DNA from: Verrucomicrobiota bacterium
GTDB taxonomy: Bacteria > Verrucomicrobiota > Verrucomicrobiia > Verrucomicrobiales > Akkermansiaceae
Direction: 5' to 3'
NCBI GenBank assembly: GCA_026397725.1
Contig: JAPLUI010000182.1
Span: 747-64,746, forward strand
Length of the DNA stretch: 64,000 nt
The notes under the pieces are model-generated. The model did not search any database and was not told where the DNA came from. It saw only the letters and a list, made by a program, of their open reading frames with translations. The position numbers were made by a program, and so were the translations under genes. Position 1 is the first letter of the stretch. Each line of letters opens with the position of its first letter. Of the stretch, positions 10,144 through 19,848 are shown piece after piece.

Positions 10144-12561
10144 CTATTCCTCTTCAATGACGAGTCGCCTCGGCTGGGGCAGGCTGATTTTCTCATCGCC
10201 ATCGCCGACATCGAGGCTGTCGAGCACGTTGGTGCGGCGGCGGATCAGGCCGACATCCCTGGAGACGGCAGCGGAACTGGGAACTTCCGCATGATAGGGA
10301 TCGTTGCCGATGATGAAGGGCTCTTTGGGAATGATCGGCACCGCATCGAGCGCGGGGAGGTTGGCAATCGCCGTGAGCCCATCGCTGGAGGTGCCCGAGT
10401 GGACGCTGCAATAGGCCTGGGATTCGGTGCCCTTGCGGAAGAATTCGCTCACCGCAGTCGAGCGGGAACGCATTTTCCCGCTGCTCTTGTCCTCCGCCAT
10501 CTCCTGGCAGAATTGCGTGGCCCGCTGGCCGGAAACGCTGCACACCGCCACCTCCAGCACGTTGTCAGGCGCCGTGATTTCCCCACCGCCGAACGCCGGC
10601 GCAACGGCATTCATGGCCGCCTGCCAGACCGGCAAGGCCAAATCCCGGCTGAACGCACCCGGATAGATCGGCCCCCCCCCGGCTTGCAGGAAGCCGGTCC
10701 AGACGCCGCAGGTGACGCGCTTGTTGTAGCCGAGAAACCAGGTGTCGGCGAAGTCATGGGTGCTGCCACCCTTGCCCGCGCCACAGAACGGTTTTTCTAA
10801 CAAACCAGCGAAGGCCCCGGCGGAACTGCCGCGGAAACAGGCCCCCGCCATCATGCTGTGGATTTGCCAGGCGGTGGCCGCGTCCACGGCCTGCCGGGAC
10901 CTCAGCAGCGGATGCTCGCGGCGGTATCTGACGCGCCCCTGGGAGTCCTCCACCCGGTCCAGATAGACCAGCGTGGCCGGCCCGGTCTTGCCGCCGCGGG
11001 CAAACGCCGAGATGGCCGCAACCGCTTGTTTCATGGACACCTCCTCCCACCCGACACACAGCCGCTGGAGCAACTCCGCCCGTTCCATGGGAAAACCGAA
11101 GGCCACGCCAGTCTGCGCGATGCGCTCCAGGCCGACCAAGCCGCCGAAGCGCACGGTCGCTGCGATTTTCGAGTTTTCCAAGGCCCGCCGGGCGGTGATT
11201 TTCCCATCATAGACGGGCGCGGCCACCTCCATGCCCCATTCGCCGAGGATGCCTTCCCGGCCGCCGACCATCACGGAGCGGTTGTCCATGGCCTCATCCT
11301 CCACCTGCGTGGCGGGGGTCTGATTGCCACTCAAGCCGGCCGCATATAGAAAGGGGAAAAACGCAGTACCCAAGGGCCGCCGGCCGGACTCGATGAAGTC
11401 ATAGGGCACCTGCGAGTAATCCCGCCCGCCAAGGTGGGCAAGCACTTCGCCGGTATCGTGCTCCACCACCAGCACGGCACCCTGAAGGTAGTCCGGCGGC
11501 GTGGCAGATGCCTTGCGGTTCTCGGCATACTTCGGGTGCGTGTATCCGGGCCGGGCTTCCGCGCTGGCCAGACTATCCGCCAGGGCACGCTCGGCGGCCT
11601 CCTGCGCCTCCTTGAGGATGGTGGTGTGAATCTTGAAGCCGCCGGTGGCCAGTTCATCTTCCCCGAGGACCTGTGCCACGGCTTCGGCGATGCGCTCATA
11701 GAGGTGGGAAGTGCCGCGGCGCAACGGTTGGGGGTTGAGTCTGAGCGGCAGGGCCTTGCAGCGCTCGGCTTCCGCCGCCGCCAACAGTTTTTCCTCGACC
11801 ATGCGGCCCAGCACATAGTTGCGCCCCTCGCGGTTGACCTCCGGGGCGTTGATCGGGGAACGGTGCTTGGGATTCTTGATGAGGGTCACCAACGAGGCGC
11901 ACTCCTCGACGGTTAGATCCGCCGGCTCCTTGCCGAAGTAGCCGAGGGCCGCAGAGCGGATGCCATGGAAGCCGCTGCCGAAGTAGATGCGATTCAGATA
12001 GAACTCGAGGATGTCCTGCTTGCTGTAGCGTGCCTCGATGCGCATGGCGAGGAAGGCCTCGACCAGTTTGCGCTGAATGGTGGTTTCATTGCGCAGTTTG
12101 GCGACTTCCTTCAGGTTGTAGGCATTGCGGGCGAGTTGCTGGGTGATGGTGCTGGCCCCCTGGCTGCTGCCCTGCAGGTTGAGTTTCGCCGCCCGCAGGA
12201 TGCCGATGTAGTCCACCCCCTTGTGCGTGAAAAACCGCGAGTCCTCACCTGCCCGCAGCGCGTCAATGAGCCGCTGCGGGACCTTGTTGATGGGGATGAT
12301 GCTGCGGTTCTGGACAAAGATGCGCCCGATTTCCTGGCCATTGCGATCCATGATCAAACTGGGCACCTCCAGCACGTTGATGCGCTCCAAGTCATAGGTG
12401 GCCGCACGTTCCCGATACTCGCGGGTGTATCGCTCGGCCAGCACATAGCCAAGCACGCCGACGAGCAGGCCACCGAGCAGCAGGCTGAGCCAAAAGCCTT
12501 TGCGCTTGTAGAAACGCCGCTTTCTTCTGAAGTTCCGGGGTCTGTGCTTATGAGTCGCCAT
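10144..12561 (-). CDS. Class A penicillin-binding protein (intact transglycosylase, degenerate transpeptidase)
   Basis: GT51 motifs EDSRFFTHKG, GASTITQQL, RKLVE and YLNRIYFG are present. The transpeptidase motifs are altered. Confidence 0.9.
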   Translation of the reverse strand: MATHKHRPRNFRRKRRFYKRKGFWLSLLLGGLLVGVLGYVLAERYTREYRERAATYDLERINVLEVPSLIMDRNGQEIGRIFVQNRSIIPINKVPQRLIDALRAGEDSRFFTHKGVDYIGILRAAKLNLQGSSQGASTITQQLARNAYNLKEVAKLRNETTIQRKLVEAFLAMRIEARYSKQDILEFYLNRIYFGSGFHGIRSAALGYFGKEPADLTVEECASLVTLIKNPKHRSPINAPEVNREGRNYVLGRMVEEKLLAAAEAERCKALPLRLNPQPLRRGTSHLYERIAEAVAQVLGEDELATGGFKIHTTILKEAQEAAERALADSLASAEARPGYTHPKYAENRKASATPPDYLQGAVLVVEHDTGEVLAHLGGRDYSQVPYDFIESGRRPLGTAFFPFLYAAGLSGNQTPATQVEDEAMDNRSVMVGGREGILGEWGMEVAAPVYDGKITARRALENSKIAATVRFGGLVGLERIAQTGVAFGFPMERAELLQRLCVGWEEVSMKQAVAAISAFARGGKTGPATLVYLDRVEDSQGRVRYRREHPLLRSRQAVDAATAWQIHSMMAGACFRGSSAGAFAGLLEKPFCGAGKGGSTHDFADTWFLGYNKRVTCGVWTGFLQAGGGPIYPGAFSRDLALPVWQAAMNAVAPAFGGGEITAPDNVLEVAVCSVSGQRATQFCQEMAEDKSSGKMRSRSTAVSEFFRKGTESQAYCSVHSGTSSDGLTAIANLPALDAVPIIPKEPFIIGNDPYHAEVPSSAAVSRDVGLIRRRTNVLDSLDVGDGDEKISLPQPRRLVIEEE

Positions 12562-13771
12562 GCTGGAATCTGAATCATCACCGCCCGCTCCCGCAGGAAC
12601 GTCCGACAAGGTTTACACGAATCCCGGCGTTTCCGCAACCCTGACGTTGCGCGGTCTGCTGCAGGCCCGGATCGCGGCGGACGGGCCGCTGGGGTTTGCC
12701 GATTTCATGGCCAGCACGCTGTATCACCCGGACCTCGGCTACTACGCCAGGCAGGTTCGCCAAGTGGGTCGTGCCGGGGATTTTTTCACCAGTGTGAGCG
12801 TGGGACCGCTGTTTGGGGAATTGCTGGCCCGGCGCTTTCTGCGCTGGTGGCAGGCGGCTGGCACCCCGCAACCGTGGCGGCTCATCGAGGCTGGCGCCCA
12901 CGACGGCACCCTCGCGGCCGACATTCTCGCCGCCCTCGGCAGCCTGCATCCCACCGCGTTTGCCGCGCTGGATTATGTCATCCCCGAACCGCTGCCACGG
13001 CTCCAGGCCACCCAGCGGGAAAAGCTCCAACCCTTCGCCGTACGCGTCCGCCACCTCTCAAACCCCGCCGCACTGGCCTCGCAACCGTTGCCCGGCATCG
13101 CCTTCGGCAACGAGGTGTTGGATGCACTGCCGTTTCATCTCGTCGAGTGGCAAGGCGACGGCTGGCACCCGTGCCACGTCGGCTGCGGACCGAATGGCGC
13201 GTTTTGTTGGGACACCGCCCTGCCCCTAACCGATCCGGCGCTCGCCGCTGCGCTGGCACCGCTGGGCACCGCCTTTCCCGACGGCTACCGCACCGAGGTG
13301 CGGACCGGCTATGGCGCGTTTTTCGCGCCCTTGCTGGCAGCCTTGTCATCCGGCATGCTACTGTGGCTCGACTACGGCTTCGCGCGGCCCGATTACTACC
13401 ACCCCGCCCGCCAGCAGGGCACCCTGCGAACGTTCTCCCGGCATCGCGCCGCCGCCGATCCGCTATTGGATCCCGGGGTGAGCGACATCACCGCCCATGT
13501 GGATTTCACGGCGGTGGCCGAAACCGCCATCGCGTTGGGCTGTCGGCCGTTGTTGTTCCGCAATCAGGGCGGGTGGCTTACCGAGGTCGCCCGCGACTGG
13601 CTGCTCGCCATGGAAGGCAAGCCCGACGCCGGCCTGCTGCGCCAATTCCAAACCCTCACCCACCCCGCACAACTCGGCGGGCGCTTCCACGTCTTGGAAC
13701 TCGCCTGCAACGATCCCGCCCCGACCGCCATTTCCGCCGCCGATCACCACCGCCTGGCAATGGCTTGGTGA
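12560..13771 (+). CDS. SAM-dependent methyltransferase, MidA/NDUFAF7 family (start uncertain)
   Basis: FM..LYHP..GYY, GDFFTS, EAGAHDGTLA, NEVLDALP, DYG, DITAHVDF. Confidence 0.92.
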   Translation: MLESESSPPAPAGTSDKVYTNPGVSATLTLRGLLQARIAADGPLGFADFMASTLYHPDLGYYARQVRQVGRAGDFFTSVSVGPLFGELLARRFLRWWQAAGTPQPWRLIEAGAHDGTLAADILAALGSLHPTAFAALDYVIPEPLPRLQATQREKLQPFAVRVRHLSNPAALASQPLPGIAFGNEVLDALPFHLVEWQGDGWHPCHVGCGPNGAFCWDTALPLTDPALAAALAPLGTAFPDGYRTEVRTGYGAFFAPLLAALSSGMLLWLDYGFARPDYYHPARQQGTLRTFSRHRAAADPLLDPGVSDITAHVDFTAVAETAIALGCRPLLFRNQGGWLTEVARDWLLAMEGKPDAGLLRQFQTLTHPAQLGGRFHVLELACNDPAPTAISAADHHRLAMAW

Positions 13772-13868
13772 AATTCACCCAGCACGCTCCTTGACAGCAA
13801 ACCAGCCTGATGATAATACTTCCCCGCTGAAACCACCCTTGACCTACTGAGGTAATGGCTTCTCATCT

Positions 13869-14333
13869 TCAATCCTCGACCTCAACGATGAGATTGATTT
13901 CCACCGCCACGTTGAGTGGCAGGGCGGCGGCGCCGAGGGCGGTGCGTGCGTGTCTGCCCTTGTCGCCGAAGATTTCCACCAGCAATTCCGAGGCGCCGTT
14001 GACCACTTGCGGGTGCTCGAAAAAGTCCGGTGCGGAATTGACGAAGCCGGTGAGCGCCACGACTTGCTTGACCTTGTCGAGCGAGCCGATGGCGTCCTGA
14101 ATGATCGCGAGGCGGTTGAGCACGATCATCCGGGCACCTTCCTTGGCTTCTTCGATGGAGACCTCGGCGGGCACCTTGCCGATGACTTTCCGGTCACCAT
14201 CGAGCGGCAGTCCGCCGGATAGAAAAAGCAGCTTGCCACTGCGCACGCAATTCACATAGGCCGCCACCGGCGTGGGCACGGCGGGCAGGACGAGGCCAAG
14301 GGCCGCGAGCTTTTCAAGGATGGGAGAGGTCAT
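13869..14333 (-). CDS. RidA/YjgF family protein
   Basis: P.PVAAYV, LFLSG, GFVNS, VVNGASELL, GRHARTA, LPLNVAVEI. Confidence 0.92.
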   Translation of the reverse strand: MTSPILEKLAALGLVLPAVPTPVAAYVNCVRSGKLLFLSGGLPLDGDRKVIGKVPAEVSIEEAKEGARMIVLNRLAIIQDAIGSLDKVKQVVALTGFVNSAPDFFEHPQVVNGASELLVEIFGDKGRHARTALGAAALPLNVAVEINLIVEVED

Positions 14334-14382
14334 GGGAGGCCGCAAGTGAAGACGCCATGAGGTGAGCAAGTAAAGGAGAATC

Positions 14383-14771
14383 GAATGTTGAATGTTGAAT
14401 GACGGACCGGACGATGGCTCGGCCGCAGCGAGCGCCGGGACATAGCCACAGCGGTGTGGCGCTGCGCTTCCCACCGCACGCCATACCTTCACCTGCCCAG
14501 GCGCGAGCCAAAGTCTGGAGTGCGGTGGGAAGGGCACAGCCCGCCACACCGCTGTGGCTATACCGGGAGAGCTGCGGCTACACCATTCCTCACGCCGAAG
14601 ATTTCAACATTCAACATTCAACTTCCAACATTCAATGATCAAGTAAGAGCAAGACATGACACCGCATCGGCACTTCTGCCACCCGCAAACCCATGCGCGG
14701 ATGATTCGCGAATTCGTCTGAAACGACAACAAGTGACAACTCATTTTCCGCCGGGATCAGGAACTGTGAAA
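14383..14771 (+). repeat. Composite BIME-like element: heptamer tracts, inverted REP-like arms and a conserved tail
   Basis: (GAATGTT)n at 14383-14401; arm 14444-14483 inverted to arm 14516-14559; (TTCAACA)n at 14603-14636; tail shared with 2578-2712 and 10031-10086. Confidence 0.9.
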
Positions 14772-14835
14772 TGACGCCGCTAAAGAAAATAGGTCCGCAG
14801 GCACCCGGAAATCAGGGGTTTCCACGATCTTTCCC

Positions 14836-17800
14836 TCACGGGCTCACGGCCTCTATCCTGAAGTAGCAGCGGGCCGCCGGCGGGTCGCCGGGGATCGGAA
14901 TCTCGTGGTGAGTGAAGTCCCCGGTGGCTGAAGCGTCCATGAGCACGGGTTGTCCATCCCGGGTGAGCGGGCTCCAGGCCAGCAAATCGTTAGACCATTG
15001 GAGGCGATACTGGCGGCCTGGCACGGAGCGCCAGGTGACGTCCAGTCCGGAGCCTCCGGGCGAGACCGCGGTGATGACGAAGCGCGACCCCGGATCGCGC
15101 GGATCGGTGCCCGCGCGATACTCGTTGAGGTTCGACTGGAGATCCGCGTCGGCGTCGGCATCGGCGTCGGCTGGGTTCAGTGGGTCGAGCCCGTGGCTGC
15201 GCTCCCAGGTGTCGGCCATGCCGTCGTGGTCGGCATCGCTGTCGCCGTCGAGCACGCGGAAATCACCGACGAAGTCGCTGGCGAGCGGCGTGCCGGCAGG
15301 ATCCGTGATCGCGCCTGCCGCCAGCACCAGGTGATAGATCCCATTCGGGAGCCGCCCGTTAGGCAGACCCGGAAACGTCATCAGGGCCGTGTTGGAGTCC
15401 GCTTGATAGGTGAGCGCCATGACCGCCGGCGGTACCGGCAGCCCGGTGCCGGAGTCGGTGAGCTGGAGGTCGTCCACCGTCAGGGTGGCCGCCACGGCTT
15501 CATCGAAGCGAAGCCACAGCCGCGAGGCCCCTGCGGAAAGTTCCAGGCCGGAGTCGAGCACCCGCACCGGCAAGTCAAAGCCCACGCGATCATACCACAG
15601 CGTGAAACCATAGCCCCAGGTGTCGGCATGAAACTCTAACGAGACGAGGTGATCCAGGCTCGGAGCCCCGACGCTCGTACGCCGCCAACCATCGGTGACG
15701 TCATCCGCCGCCCGCAAGGGCACCGTGAACGACTGCCAGGCACCGAGGGCCGCATTGAGCGGATCGCTCGGATTGCCGCCCTCGTAGTAGCGATAGTCGA
15801 AGAATCCTCCGTTGGCGCCGCGCAGGCGGAGCCAAGGGCTGTTCTCCTGGAAGGTCTCGACGTTCTCAGCATAGACACTGAAGTAGAGGTTGGTGGCGGA
15901 AGTCAGATCCCAGTCGGCAGCGTCGGCTGGCGGAAAGCGCAGCCAGGTGTCGAAGCCCCCGTCGGTCACGAAGCGGATCGAACCCGCCCCCAGGACTTTC
16001 CGGGAAGCATCGTCTGCGGTGGACGCCGTCGCCTCGTCGGCGCCGGCCAACCATTCAGCGGCATTGCTTTCGGTTAGATCGGCGGCCGGCCGTCGCACGG
16101 GCGGGGGAATGGCCACGGTGAAAGCTCCCAGCGCTTGCGCCGCCGCTGCCACGTTGCCCGCGAGATCCCGGACCTCGCCGGGCAGCAGCGTGAGGGCATA
16201 GGTCCCGTTGTCGGTGCTGTCCCAGCCGCCGCCGGGCGGAATGAACCAGTACGTTGCCGTCCGCGGCGAGCCGTCGAAGTAACTATCCACCTCGTAGAAC
16301 ACGGCGCTGGTGCTGAAGCCGTTAGGCCCGGTCACAAGCAGGTTGCCGGTGTGCAGGGAGGTCACTTCCAGCCCCGTGTCATCGGTGAAATTGACCTCGA
16401 CGAACTGCGCGGTGCCGCCCGGCAATGCGACGTTGGCACTGCTGCCGCTGGCGTCCGGTGGCGTCGTGTCGGACCCCGCCGGCCCGATCAACTGCCATTC
16501 GCAGGCGTGAACGTAATCGTCACCGGTGAGCCGCGTGGTGGTGAGCCGCGCCAGCCTGCCGGTGATGGGCGCGGCGAGGGTCACCGTCGAGAACCGGTCG
16601 CAGGCGGTACCCGTGAGCGGTACGGCCAGCCGCCACGATCCGGTTTGGGCGTCGAGGTCGGCCAGCGTGTCGGCGGTTTCCACCTGCCAGCGGTAGGCCG
16701 GATCGCCCCAGGTGGCCGTGAAATAGGCCCGCATCCCATGAATCGTCTGCGGCTGGGTGAAGGTGAGCGTCACCACCGCCGGATCGATGTTAGGGGTACG
16801 GATGAGCGTGTCCACGCTGCCGTCAAACAGGTTCTCGATGGGCCCGATGTCGAGCGTCGTGTGCGTCACCGTGGCCTGCCCGTTCGCCAGCATCTGGCCG
16901 ATGTTGATGGCGGACGGGTCATCTAGCAGGACCTGGAAGCCGCCGATCTCACCCGCCGGCACCGGGTTTCCGGCGGTATCGCGAACTTGGTCGTCACGCA
17001 TGACGATGCGGTAGCTGCCTGAATCTAACATATCCCACGAACCGCCCGGGGCCGTGATGCGGTAAGTGACCGTGCGGGCCGTGCCAGCGGTGGTGGGCAC
17101 CTCCGGGCCCACCTGCACCAGCGTTGCGAGCTGCTCGAAGCCGCCGGGGCCGGACACCGCGACGTCGCTGTCGTCGAGGGTGGCGACGTTGATCCCGATC
17201 CGGTCATAGTAGCGCACCGTGAACTCATGACTTGTCCCGCCGGCCGCGCGGAGGGTGGCACCGGCACCGAAGGCGTCCTCGTCGCGCGGCAGGCCGGTGC
17301 CGGCTTCGTAGCTGTTGAAGTCCCAGATGTACTTGAACCAGTTTGCCTGCCGCCCGTCCGGCGCGCTGCCGGCGTTGCGCGGCATCATGCCAAAGTAAAA
17401 GTCCATGTAGTCGCGGTGGTAGTCGGGTGCCGGACCGAACGCCCAGGTGTCGCGGCTCACTGCTGTGGTCGCACCTGTTAGATTTGGATAGTTAGGCCAG
17501 TCGAACGCCGTGCTTGGCACCACCCGGGTATTGGCATAATCGTAATGCCCGTCGGCGTTGGCAGGCACATGGCAGGTTCCCACGCCCGCCGTCTGCCCGG
17601 GGGACTCGAGGAAGTTAGCGGAATAATGGTCGAAGGCAGTGACCGGGTTGGCGAGGTCCCAGCCGCCGAAGGCCCGCTGTCCGTGGTTTTCCGTGCGGTG
17701 GCTGAGGTTGTGGATCATCTCCGCCACGCCGCGCTCGTAGTTGAAGCCATAGCCGGCGATCGCCCGGTCAAACCCGGCCTCGGGAAAACTCGGGCCGTTG

Positions 17801-18924
17801 ATGAAAAATGAGTTGGGTCCCGCCATCCAGGCCTCGCCGAACAAGCCGAAGTAGTGGTCGCCGAAGCACCAGATTTCGTCCACCTGATTGGAGTTCACCA
17901 GTGCGGCGAGGTTCTGCTGCCGGGCCAGGTGATAGAAATCCGCGCCGCCGGCATGCCAGCCGGTGTTGCTGCGGCGATTCGCCACATACTGATCGGGTGC
18001 ATACCGGAAGCCGTCGGAGAACAGCGGAAACTCGTCGAGGTCGCGCCACTCCAGGATTTGCACTGTGATCGCACCACCGGTCATGAACTCCAGATCCGTC
18101 TCGAACTGCCGCGCCAACATCCGCGGATCGTTCCAGCCGAAGACCTCCCACACCCGCCGGTTGCCTTCCGAGGGAATCCGCGGCTCGAAGTTGAGCACCA
18201 CCACCCGCACGGTCTGGCGCGGGTTGTCCGCTGCCGGAACAAACTGCCGCGGCACCCAATTCGAGGCGACCAGGTGAAACTCGTTGCCGCCTCCGATTTC
18301 ATAGTATTGAATGCGGATCCGGTAGGCCCCGGCAGCCAGCGGTGGCGAGCGCTCGCCCACGTTCACTTCCTGGCTGCGACCCCAACCGTTGTTCAGCAAC
18401 TCGTCGGCGCTGAAGACTCCATCCTGATTCACATCGAGCCACATCCGACTGCCGTCATCGCTGGCGGTGGCAACGCACTGGCCCGCTTGCGTGACCTGCA
18501 AATAGCCATCCCATTGCACGGAAAAATTGTCCCAATCCTCGTCCGTGCCGCCGCTCACGCTCACCTCGGCCCGCCCGCCCCAATCCCCGGTGCCCCGCGC
18601 AAAGTTGGTGTCAATGCGAGTTCCGGCAAGCTCCTGGCTCACCCGCCAGTCGGCGGAATCAGTCACCGTCTCAAGGCTGCGATTGACATAACTGCCGACC
18701 AAGCCCGGCGTGGTGAGCGTGGCCTCGGTGAACACCGGCGCACTCGACAGCGAGGGCGCGAGCAACAGTGCCAGCAGCATCCCCCGCACAGCGGCGCCGG
18801 GTCGCCCGGGAGGAATACTGCAGTCGGAAACAACCTGGCGGCTTGCGAGTCCGAAACACCGGGTGAAATTCGTCAGCCCTGACGCTCCCCAAGCAACGGC
18901 GATGGAATCTCCTGTAGGCTTCAT
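14836..18924 (-). CDS. Large secreted multidomain protein (PA14, putative metallo-domain, Ig-like repeats, CBM-like, Ca-binding/C-terminal sorting region)
   Basis: NFSVQWDGYL..ASDDGSRMWLD (PA14); two PGG.WD..D.G.Y...VRD.AGN repeats; DGDSDADHDGMADTWE...AGTDP tail. The start may be 18780. Confidence 0.85.
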   Translation of the reverse strand: MKPTGDSIAVAWGASGLTNFTRCFGLASRQVVSDCSIPPGRPGAAVRGMLLALLLAPSLSSAPVFTEATLTTPGLVGSYVNRSLETVTDSADWRVSQELAGTRIDTNFARGTGDWGGRAEVSVSGGTDEDWDNFSVQWDGYLQVTQAGQCVATASDDGSRMWLDVNQDGVFSADELLNNGWGRSQEVNVGERSPPLAAGAYRIRIQYYEIGGGNEFHLVASNWVPRQFVPAADNPRQTVRVVVLNFEPRIPSEGNRRVWEVFGWNDPRMLARQFETDLEFMTGGAITVQILEWRDLDEFPLFSDGFRYAPDQYVANRRSNTGWHAGGADFYHLARQQNLAALVNSNQVDEIWCFGDHYFGLFGEAWMAGPNSFFINGPSFPEAGFDRAIAGYGFNYERGVAEMIHNLSHRTENHGQRAFGGWDLANPVTAFDHYSANFLESPGQTAGVGTCHVPANADGHYDYANTRVVPSTAFDWPNYPNLTGATTAVSRDTWAFGPAPDYHRDYMDFYFGMMPRNAGSAPDGRQANWFKYIWDFNSYEAGTGLPRDEDAFGAGATLRAAGGTSHEFTVRYYDRIGINVATLDDSDVAVSGPGGFEQLATLVQVGPEVPTTAGTARTVTYRITAPGGSWDMLDSGSYRIVMRDDQVRDTAGNPVPAGEIGGFQVLLDDPSAINIGQMLANGQATVTHTTLDIGPIENLFDGSVDTLIRTPNIDPAVVTLTFTQPQTIHGMRAYFTATWGDPAYRWQVETADTLADLDAQTGSWRLAVPLTGTACDRFSTVTLAAPITGRLARLTTTRLTGDDYVHACEWQLIGPAGSDTTPPDASGSSANVALPGGTAQFVEVNFTDDTGLEVTSLHTGNLLVTGPNGFSTSAVFYEVDSYFDGSPRTATYWFIPPGGGWDSTDNGTYALTLLPGEVRDLAGNVAAAAQALGAFTVAIPPPVRRPAADLTESNAAEWLAGADEATASTADDASRKVLGAGSIRFVTDGGFDTWLRFPPADAADWDLTSATNLYFSVYAENVETFQENSPWLRLRGANGGFFDYRYYEGGNPSDPLNAALGAWQSFTVPLRAADDVTDGWRRTSVGAPSLDHLVSLEFHADTWGYGFTLWYDRVGFDLPVRVLDSGLELSAGASRLWLRFDEAVAATLTVDDLQLTDSGTGLPVPPAVMALTYQADSNTALMTFPGLPNGRLPNGIYHLVLAAGAITDPAGTPLASDFVGDFRVLDGDSDADHDGMADTWERSHGLDPLNPADADADADADLQSNLNEYRAGTDPRDPGSRFVITAVSPGGSGLDVTWRSVPGRQYRLQWSNDLLAWSPLTRDGQPVLMDASATGDFTHHEIPIPGDPPAARCYFRIEAVSP

Positions 18925-19009
18925 GCGCGGGTTGTGTAGCGCTGATTTCGGATGGTGTCAAGCACCGCTTCCTGATGCAGACTTCCTCAGCCAGCCGTTG
19001 AATGGTCGA

Positions 19010-19195
19010 GGAATTGCGGTAGGCCAAGACATCGTACTCCTGACTCTCCCCGCCTTTGACCACCGAAAACCGGGGGGTGACCGCTTCCATGCCAAAGTCC
19101 GCCCGCAGGATGCGCTCGATGGAAGAAAAGGCCAGCCCTTCCGCGAAAGCCCCGAATTTGTTCCCCAGCCCGCCAATCTGCTTGCCAACTTCGCA
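19010..19195 (-). pseudogene. Internal fragment of a DUF3782-like (PD-(D/E)XK-associated) gene
   Basis: Manual translation gives EVGKQIGGLGNKFGAFAEGLAFSSIERILRADFGMEAVTPRFSVVKGGESQEYDVLAY. Confidence 0.65.
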
Positions 19196-19219
19196 GACTA
19201 TGGGTCAGACAAATAATCA

Positions 19220-19633
19220 TTACGGTTTCACGCGCCAGATAACCAGCCAAGTCACAGCCAACTCTATACCGCGCAGCGGCTCGTGTGCTGAGTAGTTATG
19301 CGCATGGCTTATCGGCTGACGAGAGCGGGGTGATCCGCCTCGGCGGCGGCGGATGTTCAGGATGTGAACCGTGCTCTTGGTGACCGTGAAGAGGATCCGA
19401 TACTTTGACGGGTAGTCTTGGAAGAGCAACTGTCGCAGCTCATCGCTTCCCCACAGACCGTTTTCTGGGGCGTAGGGGCAGCGCTCTGGCAAATGGTCCA
19501 GCGTCTGGATGCGGGCCTTGACCGCAGCATACCATTCCGGAACTTTTTCCGGGGCTGCGCCGCTCAGCCATTTCAGGATTTCATCGAGATCTTCGCAAGC
19601 GGTGGGAGCGAAAACGAGGTCGTATTCCCGCAC
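19220..19633 (-). CDS. RelE/ParE-family toxin (C-terminus probably scrambled)
   Basis: A.EDLDEI..W, I.TL..LPERCPYAPE, LRQLLF, YRILFTV...VHILNIR. The usual HGAR ending is replaced by unrelated sequence. Confidence 0.8.
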   Translation of the reverse strand: MREYDLVFAPTACEDLDEILKWLSGAAPEKVPEWYAAVKARIQTLDHLPERCPYAPENGLWGSDELRQLLFQDYPSKYRILFTVTKSTVHILNIRRRRGGSPRSRQPISHAHNYSAHEPLRGIELAVTWLVIWRVKP

Positions 19634-19636
19634 AGT

Positions 19637-19848
19637 TCAAAGGTATTTGGTTTCGAGCTTGCCGAACACCTCGGCAGCCTTGATTCCTGCCCCGCCCTTG
19701 CGGAAATACTTCATGGCAGTCTGGAGCTTGGCGTCTTGTCGGGCTTGTTCGGCAAGGAGAGTCGTTTTTTCATAGGACGCGGCATCCTGAACCACGATGG
19801 CTGCTTCACCATTCACGGTCAGAATGAGAGGCCCATGAGTGGATTTAA
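19637..19848 (-). pseudogene. Phd/YefM-family antitoxin, N-terminally truncated (not in ORF track)
   Basis: Manual translation gives KSTHGPLILTVNGEAAIVVQDAASYEK...AAEVFGKLETKYL*, directly upstream of the ParE gene, with no N-terminus. Confidence 0.75.

Noticed and set aside
13791-13860. TTGACA...GATAAT promoter with RBS/ATG at 13855
   Set aside because: The spacing is suboptimal (15 bp), and the ORF is merely antisense to the RidA-family gene.
14836-17620. Cluster of GTTAGRY sites as an integron attC array
   Set aside because: The sites lie inside one intact CDS and do not form RYYYAAC...GTTRRRY hairpins between cassettes.
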